A stretch of 32,000 bases of DNA. Origin: Staphylothermus marinus F1 (GTDB taxonomy: Archaea; Thermoproteota; Thermoprotei_A; Sulfolobales; Desulfurococcaceae). The DNA is taken from positions 1,230,001 through 1,262,000 of the forward strand of contig NC_009033.1 of assembly GCF_000015945.1 (NCBI RefSeq), written 5' to 3'. How positions within the stretch are numbered: position 1 is the stretch's first letter; every line of letters starts with the position of its first letter. Below, piece by piece: positions 1 through 8,862 of the stretch. A model generated the notes under the pieces. It ran no database searches, was not told the DNA's origin, and was given only the letters and a program-made list of their open reading frames with translations. The translations under genes and the position numbers were made by a program.

Positions 1-1295
1 CAACAATAATTATCGAAGGATACACCAAAGCTATGAAGGAAGCAATTAGAATACTTGAAGAAATAGCTATAAAAGTAGACCCAATGGATAGGGGATTGCT
101 GAGAAAAATCGTTGACACAGCAATAGCAAGCAAATACATCGGCAAAGGCGCTATAGGCGAGAAACTAGCCAATATGGCTATTGATGCAGCATTAACCGTT
201 GCAGAGAGGAGACCAGATGGAACATATGATTTTAGAATCGACGATGTAAAAATCGAGAAAAAGAAAGGTGGAAGCATAGCTGATACACAGCTAGTTTATG
301 GTATTGTTCTTGATAAGGAAGTTGTTCATCCTGGAATGCCTAGGAGAGTTGAAAACGCCAAAATAGCATTAATAGACGCACCATTAGAGGTTGAAAAACC
401 AGAAATAACAGCAAAGATCAACATTACCAGCCCAGATTTAATCAAGGCATTCCTAGACGAAGAAGCAAAACTCCTCAAAGAAATGGTTGATAAGATTGCT
501 GATACTGGTGCTAATGTTGTTATTTGTCAGAAGGGTATTGATGAAGTAGCACAACACTTCCTAGCAAAGAAAGGAATACTAGCAGTAAGAAGAGTAAAAA
601 GATCAGACATGGAAAAACTAGAAAAAGCAACAGGAGGCAAAATAGTAAGCAGTATTAGAGATCTAAAACCCGAGGATCTAGGATATGCTGAACTAGTAGA
701 AGAACGCCGTGTAGGAAACGATAAAATGGTATTCGTTGAGGGATGCAAGAACCCCAAAGCAGTCACAATCCTAGTACGTGGAGCAAACGATATGGTTCTC
801 GATGAAGTTGAAAGAAGCCTTAAAGATGCATTAAATGTTCTAAGAAACGTTATGAGAGTACCTAAGATACTCCCAGGTGGAGGAGCCCCCGAAGTAGAAT
901 TAGCTCTTAGATTAAGGGAATTTGCAGCTAAGATCGGGGGTAAAGAACAATTAGCCATAGAAGCATTCGCAGCCGCACTTGAAGAGATACCAATGATCTT
1001 AGCTGAAACAGCTGGTCAAGACCCATTAGAGGTATTAATGAAGCTTAGACAACTACATAGTGAAGGAAAGATCAATGCTGGCATCGACGTTATCAATGGC
1101 AAAGTAGTCGAGGACATTACTAAGATAAATGTCGTTGAACCATTAATTGTTAAAACAAACGTTATTAAGAGCGCAACAGAAGCAGCAACAACGATTCTAA
1201 AGATAGACGATATCATAAGTGCAAGTCCATTAAAGAAGGAAGAAAAAGAGAAGGAGAAAGAAAGAGGAGCAGGAGGAAAATTCGGCGGGTTCTAA
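1..1295 (+). CDS. Thermosome (group II chaperonin) subunit, 5'-truncated by the window edge
   Basis: The frame is open from base 3 ([14 protein letters not shown]...), so the true start lies upstream. Group II chaperonin blocks are present: [75 protein letters not shown]. The C-terminus is a K/E-rich tail ending GGKFGGF. Confidence 0.95.
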   Translation, partial: TIIIEGYTKAMKEAIRILEEIAIKVDPMDRGLLRKIVDTAIASKYIGKGAIGEKLANMAIDAALTVAERRPDGTYDFRIDDVKIEKKKGGSIADTQLVYGIVLDKEVVHPGMPRRVENAKIALIDAPLEVEKPEITAKINITSPDLIKAFLDEEAKLLKEMVDKIADTGANVVICQKGIDEVAQHFLAKKGILAVRRVKRSDMEKLEKATGGKIVSSIRDLKPEDLGYAELVEERRVGNDKMVFVEGCKNPKAVTILVRGANDMVLDEVERSLKDALNVLRNVMRVPKILPGGGAPEVELALRLREFAAKIGGKEQLAIEAFAAALEEIPMILAETAGQDPLEVLMKLRQLHSEGKINAGIDVINGKVVEDITKINVVEPLIVKTNVIKSATEAATTILKIDDIISASPLKKEEKEKEKERGAGGKFGGF

Positions 1296-1399
1296 AATAA
1301 AACGAGTTTTTAATAAATAATTCAAACAAATAATGTTTTTAAATCCTTATATACATGTTTTTCTCCAGATATTCATCTAATAAAAACAGTCTAGGGTAT

Positions 1400-1720
1400 A
1401 TGGAAATGATTTTTGATCAGAAAATAAATGCTTGGAAGAACAGGCTTACCCGTTTTGAGATTGCACGTGTTATAGGTGCGAGAGCTCTTCAATTATCTCT
1501 TGGGGCTCCTCCCCTAATTAACCCTGATGAAGCACCTGTAAAAGATCCTGTAGCTATAGCTATTTTAGAGTTATTGAAGGGATTATTGCCTATGACTATT
1601 AAAAGGATGATGCCTAATGGAGAATACGAACTTGTTCCCGTTTCAAAAGCCTTATCCCCCGATAATAGAAGATATCTTGAAACAACTCTCAAGAGCTGGA
1701 CGCTTAGCCTTACAAGTTAA
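1400..1720 (+). CDS. rpoK: DNA-directed RNA polymerase subunit K (Rpb6/omega family)
   Basis: Conserved core LTRFEIARVIGARALQLSLGAPPL...LLPMTIKR. ATG at 1400 is preferred over 1355 because a TTTTTAAA TATA-like box at 1336-1343 would place the TSS downstream of 1355. The 3' end overlaps the next ORF by 104 nt. Confidence 0.85.
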   Translation: MEMIFDQKINAWKNRLTRFEIARVIGARALQLSLGAPPLINPDEAPVKDPVAIAILELLKGLLPMTIKRMMPNGEYELVPVSKALSPDNRRYLETTLKSWTLSLTS

Positions 1721-2777
1721 GGACTATACAGTTGAGAAAACAGGAAAAGTTTTTGACATAGTGATAAATGATCGATTGAGTGAGGAAGTATTTAATGAAA
1801 TATATAGTTATATAGTCAATAGATATAATTATATGATCTTACAGCTAAGAACAGATCCACCAATCTTGAGGCTAATACCTATTCGAAAAGGAAATCCAAA
1901 GATTAAACAAGTAATTCTTCTATTAACAACCATAGCAACAATTTTCTTGACAGGATACGGTATCTCTGAATCATTTTATGAATTGCTTGGACTCAATAAT
2001 CAATCAGTGATTATCGGGTGGAGCATCGCCTATACAGCTTTGTTTCTCTTTGCTTTAGGATTCCATGAATTTGGACATATGTTTTCATCTAAGAAATCAG
2101 GAGTAATCATTGAAGGACCATACTTTATACCGGCTCCGCCTATACAGTTAGGTTTCATAGGTACTTTGGGCGCAGTTATTAGTATGAAATCACTGCCTCC
2201 AACCCGGCGTGATCTAGCAAAGCTTGGGATCTCTGGCCCGTTGTTCGGCTATATTGTTGCATTAATTATTGGATTCATAGGTGTAATGTTTTCTCCAACA
2301 ATACCAATAAGCAAGTCAATAGAACTTGTAGAGTCTGGGCAGGCATCGGAGATAGGTTTTATGCCTTTAACAATGATATTGTTGTTGCTAATAAAGAACA
2401 TACCTCCTGGATACACTATTTTACTTCATCCACTAGCTTTCATATCATTCATTATATTTGTTGTTACATTTCTAAACTTATTACCCATAGGCCAACTTGA
2501 CGGAGGCCATGTAGTACGCTCCTTTACTACAGATTATACTCATGAACTAATAGGATATTTCATAATAATCTTAACGGCAGTGACAGGAGTCTTACTACTT
2601 GGTACAATGGCTGGGCAATACTATATTGCGTTATCAATCATACTTGTCATTTTCAAATTATTATTTGGAAGACACCCTCATCCAGGACCAGCTAATCAAT
2701 TCTCAAACAATAAAGACTATTCAATCCTGCTAGCATATATTATCTTAGTAGTTTTAACACTACCCTTACCAACATAG
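1617..2777 (+). CDS. Site-2 protease family (M50) integral membrane metalloprotease
   Basis: HEFGHM (HExxH) lies inside a hydrophobic segment. A downstream FLNLLPIGQLDGGH motif and multiple predicted TM helices are present. A soluble N-terminal domain of about 90 aa precedes them. The exact start is uncertain because of the overlap with rpoK. Confidence 0.8.
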   Translation: MENTNLFPFQKPYPPIIEDILKQLSRAGRLALQVKDYTVEKTGKVFDIVINDRLSEEVFNEIYSYIVNRYNYMILQLRTDPPILRLIPIRKGNPKIKQVILLLTTIATIFLTGYGISESFYELLGLNNQSVIIGWSIAYTALFLFALGFHEFGHMFSSKKSGVIIEGPYFIPAPPIQLGFIGTLGAVISMKSLPPTRRDLAKLGISGPLFGYIVALIIGFIGVMFSPTIPISKSIELVESGQASEIGFMPLTMILLLLIKNIPPGYTILLHPLAFISFIIFVVTFLNLLPIGQLDGGHVVRSFTTDYTHELIGYFIIILTAVTGVLLLGTMAGQYYIALSIILVIFKLLFGRHPHPGPANQFSNNKDYSILLAYIILVVLTLPLPT

Positions 2778-2801
2778 AGCCATATTTGAAACTAGATTAA
2801 C

Positions 2802-4985
2802 ATGGGGATCTTAGTGGGAGATAAGGCGAAGAAATCAATAATCGATTATATATTATCATATAGTGAAAAACAAAAGAAAAAACCTGTTAAAACCAAAGAA
2901 AAAACTTCATCCAAAAAAGCTATAGAAAAAACAGAGATACAAATTACTCATAACATATGGGATCTTATAGGCAAAATAGTTGTTATAGCTGAAAAACCAA
3001 AAGCAGCCAACAAGATAGCATTGGCTCTTTCGAGAAATCCCATACGAAAATCAATGTATGGTATACCATATTATTTGATTAAAAACAGACATAGCTCGAT
3101 CATTGTAGCTAGTGCTGCTGGGCATCTTTATGGATTACATACGGATCAATATGGTTATCCTGTGTTTAAATATGAATGGAAACCATTATATCAAATCGAT
3201 CCTAAAGCAAAACACACCGAGAAATTCATAATGGTTCTTTCAAAGCTATGCAGTAATGCTGATTACTATGTTAATGCATGCGACTATGATATTGAGGGTT
3301 CTGTGATCGGCTATCTTATAATATATTTTCATGGTGATTTAGAAAAAAGTTTGAGAGCAAAATTTTCTAGTTTAACAATCGAAGAACTTAGAGAATCCTT
3401 CAGGAAACTTACTAGTCTAGATTGGGAAATGATCGAGGCAGGACTTTGTAGACACGAATTAGACTGGATTTGGGGCATAAATATTAGTAGAGCATTAATG
3501 AGCTCAGTAAAAATAGCTTCTGGTAAAAGAGTAATTTTAAGTGCAGGCCGTGTCCAGACTCCAACACTTAGATATGTTGTAGAAAAAGATATTGAGAGAA
3601 GATTATTTATTCCATTGCCTCAGTACTCGTTATCAATAAATATATTCAAGAACAATTATGAGATACATGTAGAGTATAAAGGTAAATCTGTTGAGACGAA
3701 GAAGAATGCTAAAGAAATAATAGATGAAATAAAAAGAACTGGTTATCTTATAGTTAAAAAATACGAGGAAAAAATATACACGTTAAATCCTCCACCAGCA
3801 TTCAATCTGGGTGACTTACAAGAAGAAGCAGCTAGAATCTATGGATTCAGCCCATATAAGACGCAGAGTATAGCTGAAAAATTATATCTAGACGCATTAA
3901 TTAGTTATCCCCGAACAAATAGTCAGAAACTACCGCCGACACTAAACTATAAGGCAATAATGAATAAGCTTAGTAGAATAAATAACTATAAAGAACTAGT
4001 ATCTAATCTACTAGTTGAAACGAAAGGGGTTTTAAAACCTGTTCAAGGATCCAAAGACGACCCTGCTCATCCAGCAATTTATCCGACAGGTGTAAAACCC
4101 AAGGATCTCGGGAAGGATGAGTGGAAAATATATGATTTAATTGTTAGAAGATTTCTTGCAGCATTTGCTTCAAAAGCGAGGATTTCTCATAGAATTGTTT
4201 ATTTAGAATATCCAAAAGATCCCAGTATGGTTTTCCAAGCAAGTGGACAAAAAATTCTTGATCTGGGTTGGCTACGTTATTATCCATTTAGCAAGCCCGA
4301 AGAAAGATTTCTACCTAAGTTCCAATATGGAGAAAAAGTTAAGATAGTAAAAGCATCAATTAGAAAAACCTATACAAAACCCCCAGAAAAAATAAATAAG
4401 ATAAAGATTCTTAGATGGATGGAGAACGTAGGCATAGGAACAGAAGCAACTAGGGCTAGGATCATAGAGATACTGTTTAGTAGATATTATCTAAGAAGCG
4501 TTGGCGGCAGAGTTGAAGCAACCGATCTAGGTTTAGGCATAATAGAGGTGCTAATGGAGTATTTTCCTGAAATCACAAGTGTTAGTTTAACACGGCATTT
4601 TGAGGAGGAAATGGAAAAGATTAGATTAGGTGTTAAGAGAAGAGAGGAAGTAGTAAAAGATGCAAAGAATACATTGATAAAACTAATTGTGTCATTTGAT
4701 AAGAAAAAGTACCAGATCGGAAAAACATTATCTTATCGCTTAGGCTATATAACACCCATAAATAAATGTATACTGTGTAATCGTGAAGCATATAAGAATA
4801 ATCTCTGCAAATACCATTACCGCGCATTAAATACCGTAATTAAAACATATGACGAATGGAAAAGAAGAGAAGGTGTTGATTGGAATAAATACTTATCAAG
4901 TATTAAGAAATTAAAGTCGACGGGGAAATGGATCGTTGAGGTTATTCAGAACTTTGAGAAAATAAAATATTCTCCTAGCGAATAA
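2802..4985 (+). CDS. topA: Type IA DNA topoisomerase (TopA / Topo III-like)
   Basis: TOPRIM start VVIAEKPKAANKIA, acidic cluster CDYDIEGS, SAGRVQTPTL, and active-site region ISYPRTNSQKLP with the catalytic Tyr. C-terminal Cys/His pairs CILCN...CKYHY suggest a zinc finger. The N-terminal ~58 aa are Lys-rich and lie outside the conserved fold. Confidence 0.9.
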   Translation: MGILVGDKAKKSIIDYILSYSEKQKKKPVKTKEKTSSKKAIEKTEIQITHNIWDLIGKIVVIAEKPKAANKIALALSRNPIRKSMYGIPYYLIKNRHSSIIVASAAGHLYGLHTDQYGYPVFKYEWKPLYQIDPKAKHTEKFIMVLSKLCSNADYYVNACDYDIEGSVIGYLIIYFHGDLEKSLRAKFSSLTIEELRESFRKLTSLDWEMIEAGLCRHELDWIWGINISRALMSSVKIASGKRVILSAGRVQTPTLRYVVEKDIERRLFIPLPQYSLSINIFKNNYEIHVEYKGKSVETKKNAKEIIDEIKRTGYLIVKKYEEKIYTLNPPPAFNLGDLQEEAARIYGFSPYKTQSIAEKLYLDALISYPRTNSQKLPPTLNYKAIMNKLSRINNYKELVSNLLVETKGVLKPVQGSKDDPAHPAIYPTGVKPKDLGKDEWKIYDLIVRRFLAAFASKARISHRIVYLEYPKDPSMVFQASGQKILDLGWLRYYPFSKPEERFLPKFQYGEKVKIVKASIRKTYTKPPEKINKIKILRWMENVGIGTEATRARIIEILFSRYYLRSVGGRVEATDLGLGIIEVLMEYFPEITSVSLTRHFEEEMEKIRLGVKRREEVVKDAKNTLIKLIVSFDKKKYQIGKTLSYRLGYITPINKCILCNREAYKNNLCKYHYRALNTVIKTYDEWKRREGVDWNKYLSSIKKLKSTGKWIVEVIQNFEKIKYSPSE

Positions 4986-4992
4986 TTATGGG

Positions 4993-5484
4993 TTATCCAC
5001 CATGAAACCATATTGACAAGTATCCGAGATATTGTATCTTAAATACGGAGCCATCAACTTCTAAAACAACACCTTCAACTCGTTCATAAGGTATTCCGGG
5101 GCCTTGGAATTCTGGGTAATCAGGAAATTGATTATTATCTCCCTTAGTAACATAATAATACTTGTTCTCGTTAATGATTACTCTAATAACTCTGTGTATT
5201 ATTAGTTCTCCACTTAGACCTCTATAGATGATAATGTCTCCTACATGGATCTCGTTTGGGCCAGGCTTATATGCAAATACAATATCTCCTTCCCTGAGGA
5301 TGGGAAACATGCTATACCCTTTAACAACAGCTATAGGTGTAGTTGAACCGGTTACGTTGTAAAGTATTGTTCTAATATTTAATGCTAGAATAATAACTAG
5401 AATCAATAAAACATACTTGATAATATCTATCCTTTTTTTCTTTATTAGAGAATGTTCATTACCGGTTTCTTCATTCTTCTTCAA
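4993..5484 (-). CDS. Signal peptidase I, archaeal/eukaryotic Sec11 type (S26B)
   Basis: An N-terminal TM anchor is followed by VVKGYSMFPIL (Ser nucleophile context), IIHRVI (His) and TKGDNN. The start codon is TTG at 5484, overlapping the upstream gene's stop by 14 nt. Confidence 0.8.
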   Translation of the reverse strand: MKKNEETGNEHSLIKKKRIDIIKYVLLILVIILALNIRTILYNVTGSTTPIAVVKGYSMFPILREGDIVFAYKPGPNEIHVGDIIIYRGLSGELIIHRVIRVIINENKYYYVTKGDNNQFPDYPEFQGPGIPYERVEGVVLEVDGSVFKIQYLGYLSIWFHGG

Positions 5485-5791
5485 GATCCAGATCCTCTAG
5501 ATCCAATATTATCTCCTTAACTCTTCTCGGCTCTTCTTTTTCTCCAACAATCTTCTTTCCTTTTTTCCCCTCAATTTCTACTCCGGAACCACCAACTTTA
5601 ATCTTACTAATTACGCCTCTCCACCTATATCCGCATTGTCGACACTGCATTACACCCATTATTGTTATCGTTATTCTCCCGTATTTGTCTGGTAATGGTG
5701 ATACGAGTTGCCATTGCTTAACAATTTCTACATCTTCGGAACCACATCTAGGACATACAAGTTTATTTTGCTTTGAAGATTTACGCGGCAA
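5471..5791 (-). CDS. Small zinc-ribbon protein with acidic C-terminal tail (function unknown)
   Basis: Two Cys pairs (CPRC ... CRQC) are arranged as a 4-Cys ribbon. A basic patch is followed by the acidic tail LDLEDLDLEEE. The gene overlaps both neighbours on the same strand. Confidence 0.6.
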   Translation of the reverse strand: MPRKSSKQNKLVCPRCGSEDVEIVKQWQLVSPLPDKYGRITITIMGVMQCRQCGYRWRGVISKIKVGGSGVEIEGKKGKKIVGEKEEPRRVKEIILDLEDLDLEEE

Positions 5792-6158
5792 CTATACATA
5801 TCCCCCTATACATATTTGTTAAGTACAATAGCTCAATCATTTGAATAACAGGTATTATTTCTATATCTATGATATTAATTTTATTTCTCCACATTTTCCA
5901 CATATAATAAACGATAATAATAGTATTTAGAATAATAATTGATTTATCAAGAACACTTAGTGAAATATAGTATATGGGTATGCTTAGTATTGTTAATGGA
6001 AACAATAGGAATAACCATTTCTTCTTTATATTCTTATGTATTAGCAAAATTGTTAAGCTCCACACAATTATTGATATAGGTAATGCAGTTTGCACTAGGC
6101 CAAGATATATTTTGAACATGTTATATACACCATATAGTAGGTGTATAAGCCATGACAT
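5781..6158 (-). CDS. Hypothetical small membrane protein
   Basis: The ORF has 3-4 hydrophobic helices and its stop overlaps the start of the Zn-ribbon gene by 11 nt. There is no recognisable family. The region is extremely AT-rich and the 5' end collides with the enolase start region, so this call is weak. Confidence 0.4.
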   Translation of the reverse strand: MSWLIHLLYGVYNMFKIYLGLVQTALPISIIVWSLTILLIHKNIKKKWLFLLFPLTILSIPIYYISLSVLDKSIIILNTIIIVYYMWKMWRNKINIIDIEIIPVIQMIELLYLTNMYRGICIVAA

Positions 6159-7471
6159 ACACTACTTATACGACTGTATTAGATGATATGTTTAAGATAA
6201 AAGCTGTTCGCGGCAGATACATATTAGATTCCCGAGGAAACCCGACGGTTCAGGTAAAAGTAGTTACTGAAGGATTAGGTGTGGGAGTAGCTGCAGCTCC
6301 TAGTGGTGCATCTACAGGTATTCATGAAGCAGTTGAGGTTAGAGATGGGGGAAAGGAATTTCATGGAAAAGGTGTTAGAAAAGCAGTTGACAATGTAAAT
6401 ACAATTATTGCACCAGCTATTACTGGTATGGATTCGAGGCGCCAGGTAGAAATAGACTATAAAATGATCGAGATAGATGGGACAGAGAATAAGAGCAGAC
6501 TAGGTGGGAACGCTATTATAGCAACTAGTCTAGCAGTTGCAAAAGCTGCTGCTTCAACAATGAAGATACCATTATACTACTATATCGGCGGAAAACAAGC
6601 AAATATATTGCCTGTTCCAATGTTAAACATTATTAATGGAGGAGTTCATGCCGGCAACAAACTGGATTTTCAAGAATTCATGATTGTACCAGCAGGATTT
6701 AATAGTTTTCACGAAGCATTAAGGGCTGCGGTTGAAACATATCATGAGCTCAAAAGAATACTCAAGGAAAAATATGGTTCCTCCGCCATCAATGTAGGTG
6801 ATGAAGGAGGATATGCTCCTCCACTAGAAAAAATCCGTGACGCACTAGACTTATTAATGGAGGCAATAAAATCTGCAGGTTATTCTCCCGGAAAAGAAAT
6901 TGCTTTAGCTCTAGATGCTGCTAGTTCACAGTTCTACAATAAAGAAAAGAAAGTATATGTTGTTGAAGGCCGTGAGTTAACGAGGGATCAAATGATCGAG
7001 TTATATGAGGAACTAGTCAATGATTATCCGATAGTGAGTATAGAGGATCCACTGTATGAAGAAGACTATGACGGATTCGCCGAGATAACTAAGAGATTGG
7101 GTGATAAGGTGTTAATTGTTGGAGATGATTTATTTACAACTAATCCTAAGAGGCTTAGCAAGGGAATAGAAGTCGGAGCTGCAAATGCTATTCTAGTAAA
7201 GGTTAACCAGATAGGAACACTTACCGAAACAATGGAAGTTGTTAGGTTAGCCCATATTCATAATTACAGGACAATAATAAGTCATCGTAGCGGCGAAACA
7301 GAAGATACTACAATAGCTGATCTAGCTGTTGGATTAAATGCTGGATTAATAAAGACAGGTGCACCTGCTAGAGGGGAGAGAACAGCTAAGTATAATAGAC
7401 TACTTGAAATTGAAGAAGAACTTGAAAAGCCTATGTATTTGGGATTTCAATTATTCCCTCGAAAACCGTAA
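6152..7471 (+). CDS. eno: Enolase (phosphopyruvate hydratase)
   Basis: [69 protein letters not shown] and SHRSGETED are all present. ATG 6152 is preceded by a GGTG SD-like element. An alternative start at ATG 6188 (MFKIKAV...) fits the usual enolase N-terminus better. Confidence 0.95.
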   Translation: MTYTTYTTVLDDMFKIKAVRGRYILDSRGNPTVQVKVVTEGLGVGVAAAPSGASTGIHEAVEVRDGGKEFHGKGVRKAVDNVNTIIAPAITGMDSRRQVEIDYKMIEIDGTENKSRLGGNAIIATSLAVAKAAASTMKIPLYYYIGGKQANILPVPMLNIINGGVHAGNKLDFQEFMIVPAGFNSFHEALRAAVETYHELKRILKEKYGSSAINVGDEGGYAPPLEKIRDALDLLMEAIKSAGYSPGKEIALALDAASSQFYNKEKKVYVVEGRELTRDQMIELYEELVNDYPIVSIEDPLYEEDYDGFAEITKRLGDKVLIVGDDLFTTNPKRLSKGIEVGAANAILVKVNQIGTLTETMEVVRLAHIHNYRTIISHRSGETEDTTIADLAVGLNAGLIKTGAPARGERTAKYNRLLEIEEELEKPMYLGFQLFPRKP

Positions 7472-7510
7472 TTATCAAAAATATTTTTAATAAATCTTTT
7501 AATTCCCTGG

Positions 7511-7756
7511 TTAAGGCAGTATGATACCTATCACTATTAATACTACTGCACTGATCACTACGAATTTCAAGAACTCCCATGGAGTCATTCTAGGTATTTG
7601 CTTAACCAGCTGTACTAACATATATAATCCTATTCCTGCACCTATAGCTAACAGTATTCCTAATCCAATAACTACCAATACTGCACCAACACCGTTGAGT
7701 CCAGCAAAGAAACTTGTTATCGCATTACCTGCCTGCAATAATGTATCTAGCCCCAT
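7511..7756 (-). CDS. Hypothetical small Gly-rich membrane protein (2-3 TM)
   Basis: A GGTGA SD-like element lies 4 nt upstream of the ATG on the minus strand. The hydrophobic-helix composition is coherent. The overlapping + strand ORF (7521-7784) looks like antisense noise. Confidence 0.55.
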   Translation of the reverse strand: MGLDTLLQAGNAITSFFAGLNGVGAVLVVIGLGILLAIGAGIGLYMLVQLVKQIPRMTPWEFLKFVVISAVVLIVIGIILP

Positions 7757-7828
7757 ATTTTATCACCCACTATATAATTTCTAACAAGATAAGTTGATAA
7801 AACCAAAGACTCATTACTAGTTCATAGA

Positions 7829-7910
7829 TAATGATGAGGGTTAAAAGCGTGGTTAGCCTCCACGGCCTAATTAGGCCGTGGAGGGATGCCATATGCCAGG
7901 CTGCTGATCT
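7829..7910 (+). ncRNA. Candidate box C/D-like (K-turn) sRNA with an internal 11-bp GC hairpin
   Basis: ATGATGA at 7831-7837 and CTGA at 7904-7907 are followed by a T-rich run. A perfect hairpin CCTCCACGGCC-TAATTA-GGCCGTGGAGG spans 7857-7884. The internal D'/C' boxes are degenerate and the terminal stem is weak. Confidence 0.35.
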
Positions 7911-8052
7911 TTTCTTATTCTTTTAAAGCATATCTATGTTTTTAAGGAGCCTATATGAATGCTCAAAAATAAACGAACAGTCTTTTTCTTTTTAACTAAA
8001 TCCTAGACAATATAGACTACGACAAATACTCTATGTCTCGGAGGGGGTTTGA

Positions 8053-8745
8053 TTGTCAAGCCTTAAAGTTGAGGAGATCGAGAATTACTTGGGTAAACCC
8101 GTAAATGACCCCTATGGTCGTAGAATAGGCCACGTAGTAAGCTTCTACAGTGATTCAGACGGAAATGTGACAGCTTTAGAGATAAGCTATGGAGACTTTG
8201 AGTTTGAAGAAAAAAGTATTGATAGATTTAGTTTTGAAAATGGAGAAATAGTTCTAGTACCTGAGTGGGAATACGAAGCTAAGAAGATTGAGAATAGACT
8301 TGAGAGATTAAGGAAGAGAGCAGCTGCACTGGAGGATCTATATGCTAAGAAAGAAGTACCCCGCCATGCATACGAGGCGTTCAAGAAAAAACTTGAAGAA
8401 GCATTAATGGAAGCTAAGGAAGAGTCTAAGAAGGTTAAGGACTTATTAAAGAAGAGACAATACGAGCTTGAAGACATAATTGTAGAGCTTGAAAAAGCAT
8501 TAACAAGCCTTAAAATAAGCTATATGGCGGGGGAGGTCCCAGATAAAGCATATAAGGTAGCTGCTGATCAGATAAGGAAGCACCTAGAACACGCACAGCT
8601 TGAAAAGGAGAATGTTAAGAGGCATCTAGAGAAAATAGAGTCTTTAGAAAACCAACCTGTAGATATAGGTGTTACAACGAGTTCAGCAAACGAGAAAGTA
8701 CCTGAACAGAATCAAGCATTACCAGTAGTTGTTTTAGAGAGCTAA
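8053..8745 (+). CDS. cdvA: Cell division protein CdvA
   Basis: An N-terminal PRC-barrel-like region (YLGKPVNDPYGRRIGHVVSFYSD...) is followed by a long coiled coil and a short hydrophobic C-terminal peptide (LPVVVLES). It lies immediately upstream of the ESCRT-III and Vps4 genes. The start is TTG with a GGAGGGGG SD upstream. Confidence 0.85.
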   Translation: MSSLKVEEIENYLGKPVNDPYGRRIGHVVSFYSDSDGNVTALEISYGDFEFEEKSIDRFSFENGEIVLVPEWEYEAKKIENRLERLRKRAAALEDLYAKKEVPRHAYEAFKKKLEEALMEAKEESKKVKDLLKKRQYELEDIIVELEKALTSLKISYMAGEVPDKAYKVAADQIRKHLEHAQLEKENVKRHLEKIESLENQPVDIGVTTSSANEKVPEQNQALPVVVLES

Positions 8746-8788
8746 AAGGGAATACCGGGGTATTTCTCCAATACTACCAATTCCTGAA

Positions 8789-8796
8789 TTTAAAAA
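8789..8796 (+). promoter_or_regulatory. TATA-like box (TTTAAAAA) for a separate cdvB-cdvC transcript
   Basis: The element sits 67 nt upstream of the cdvB GTG start and downstream of a hairpin (8751-8764) that follows the cdvA stop. Confidence 0.35.
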
Positions 8797-8862
8797 GAAT
8801 TTTTCACGGCAATAATATGTTGGATATAACTCTCATCAAGGAAGATATGGGGCGATGAATAA

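Noticed and set aside
527-1216. Antisense ORFs (527-958, 1016-1216) inside the thermosome gene
   Set aside because: They lie entirely opposite a strongly supported gene. Their S/P/L/R/T-rich, low-complexity translations are typical of antisense frames. No SD elements are present.
1225-1275. Purine-rich repetitive tract (GAAGGAAGAAAAAGAGAAGGAGAAAGAAAGAGGAG)
   Set aside because: It encodes the K/E-rich C-terminal tail typical of thermosome subunits and is not an independent repeat element.
5974-6186. 70-aa + strand ORF opposite the 5781-6158 membrane ORF
   Set aside because: It has low-complexity AT-driven codons and no start signals, and it runs into the enolase start.
7521-7784. 87-aa + strand ORF opposite the small Gly-rich membrane protein
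   Set aside because: The minus-strand ORF has a GGTGA SD and coherent TM helices. The plus-strand translation (T/N/P/I-rich) looks like its antisense shadow.
7944-7972. Mini-ORF MNAQK* with a very good SD (AAGGAG, 5-nt spacer, ATG 7955) upstream of the cdvA promoter
   Set aside because: It has only five codons and lies upstream of the predicted cdvA TATA box, so it is not obviously on any mRNA. This is most likely a chance SD-like purine run, although a leader peptide cannot be excluded without transcript data.
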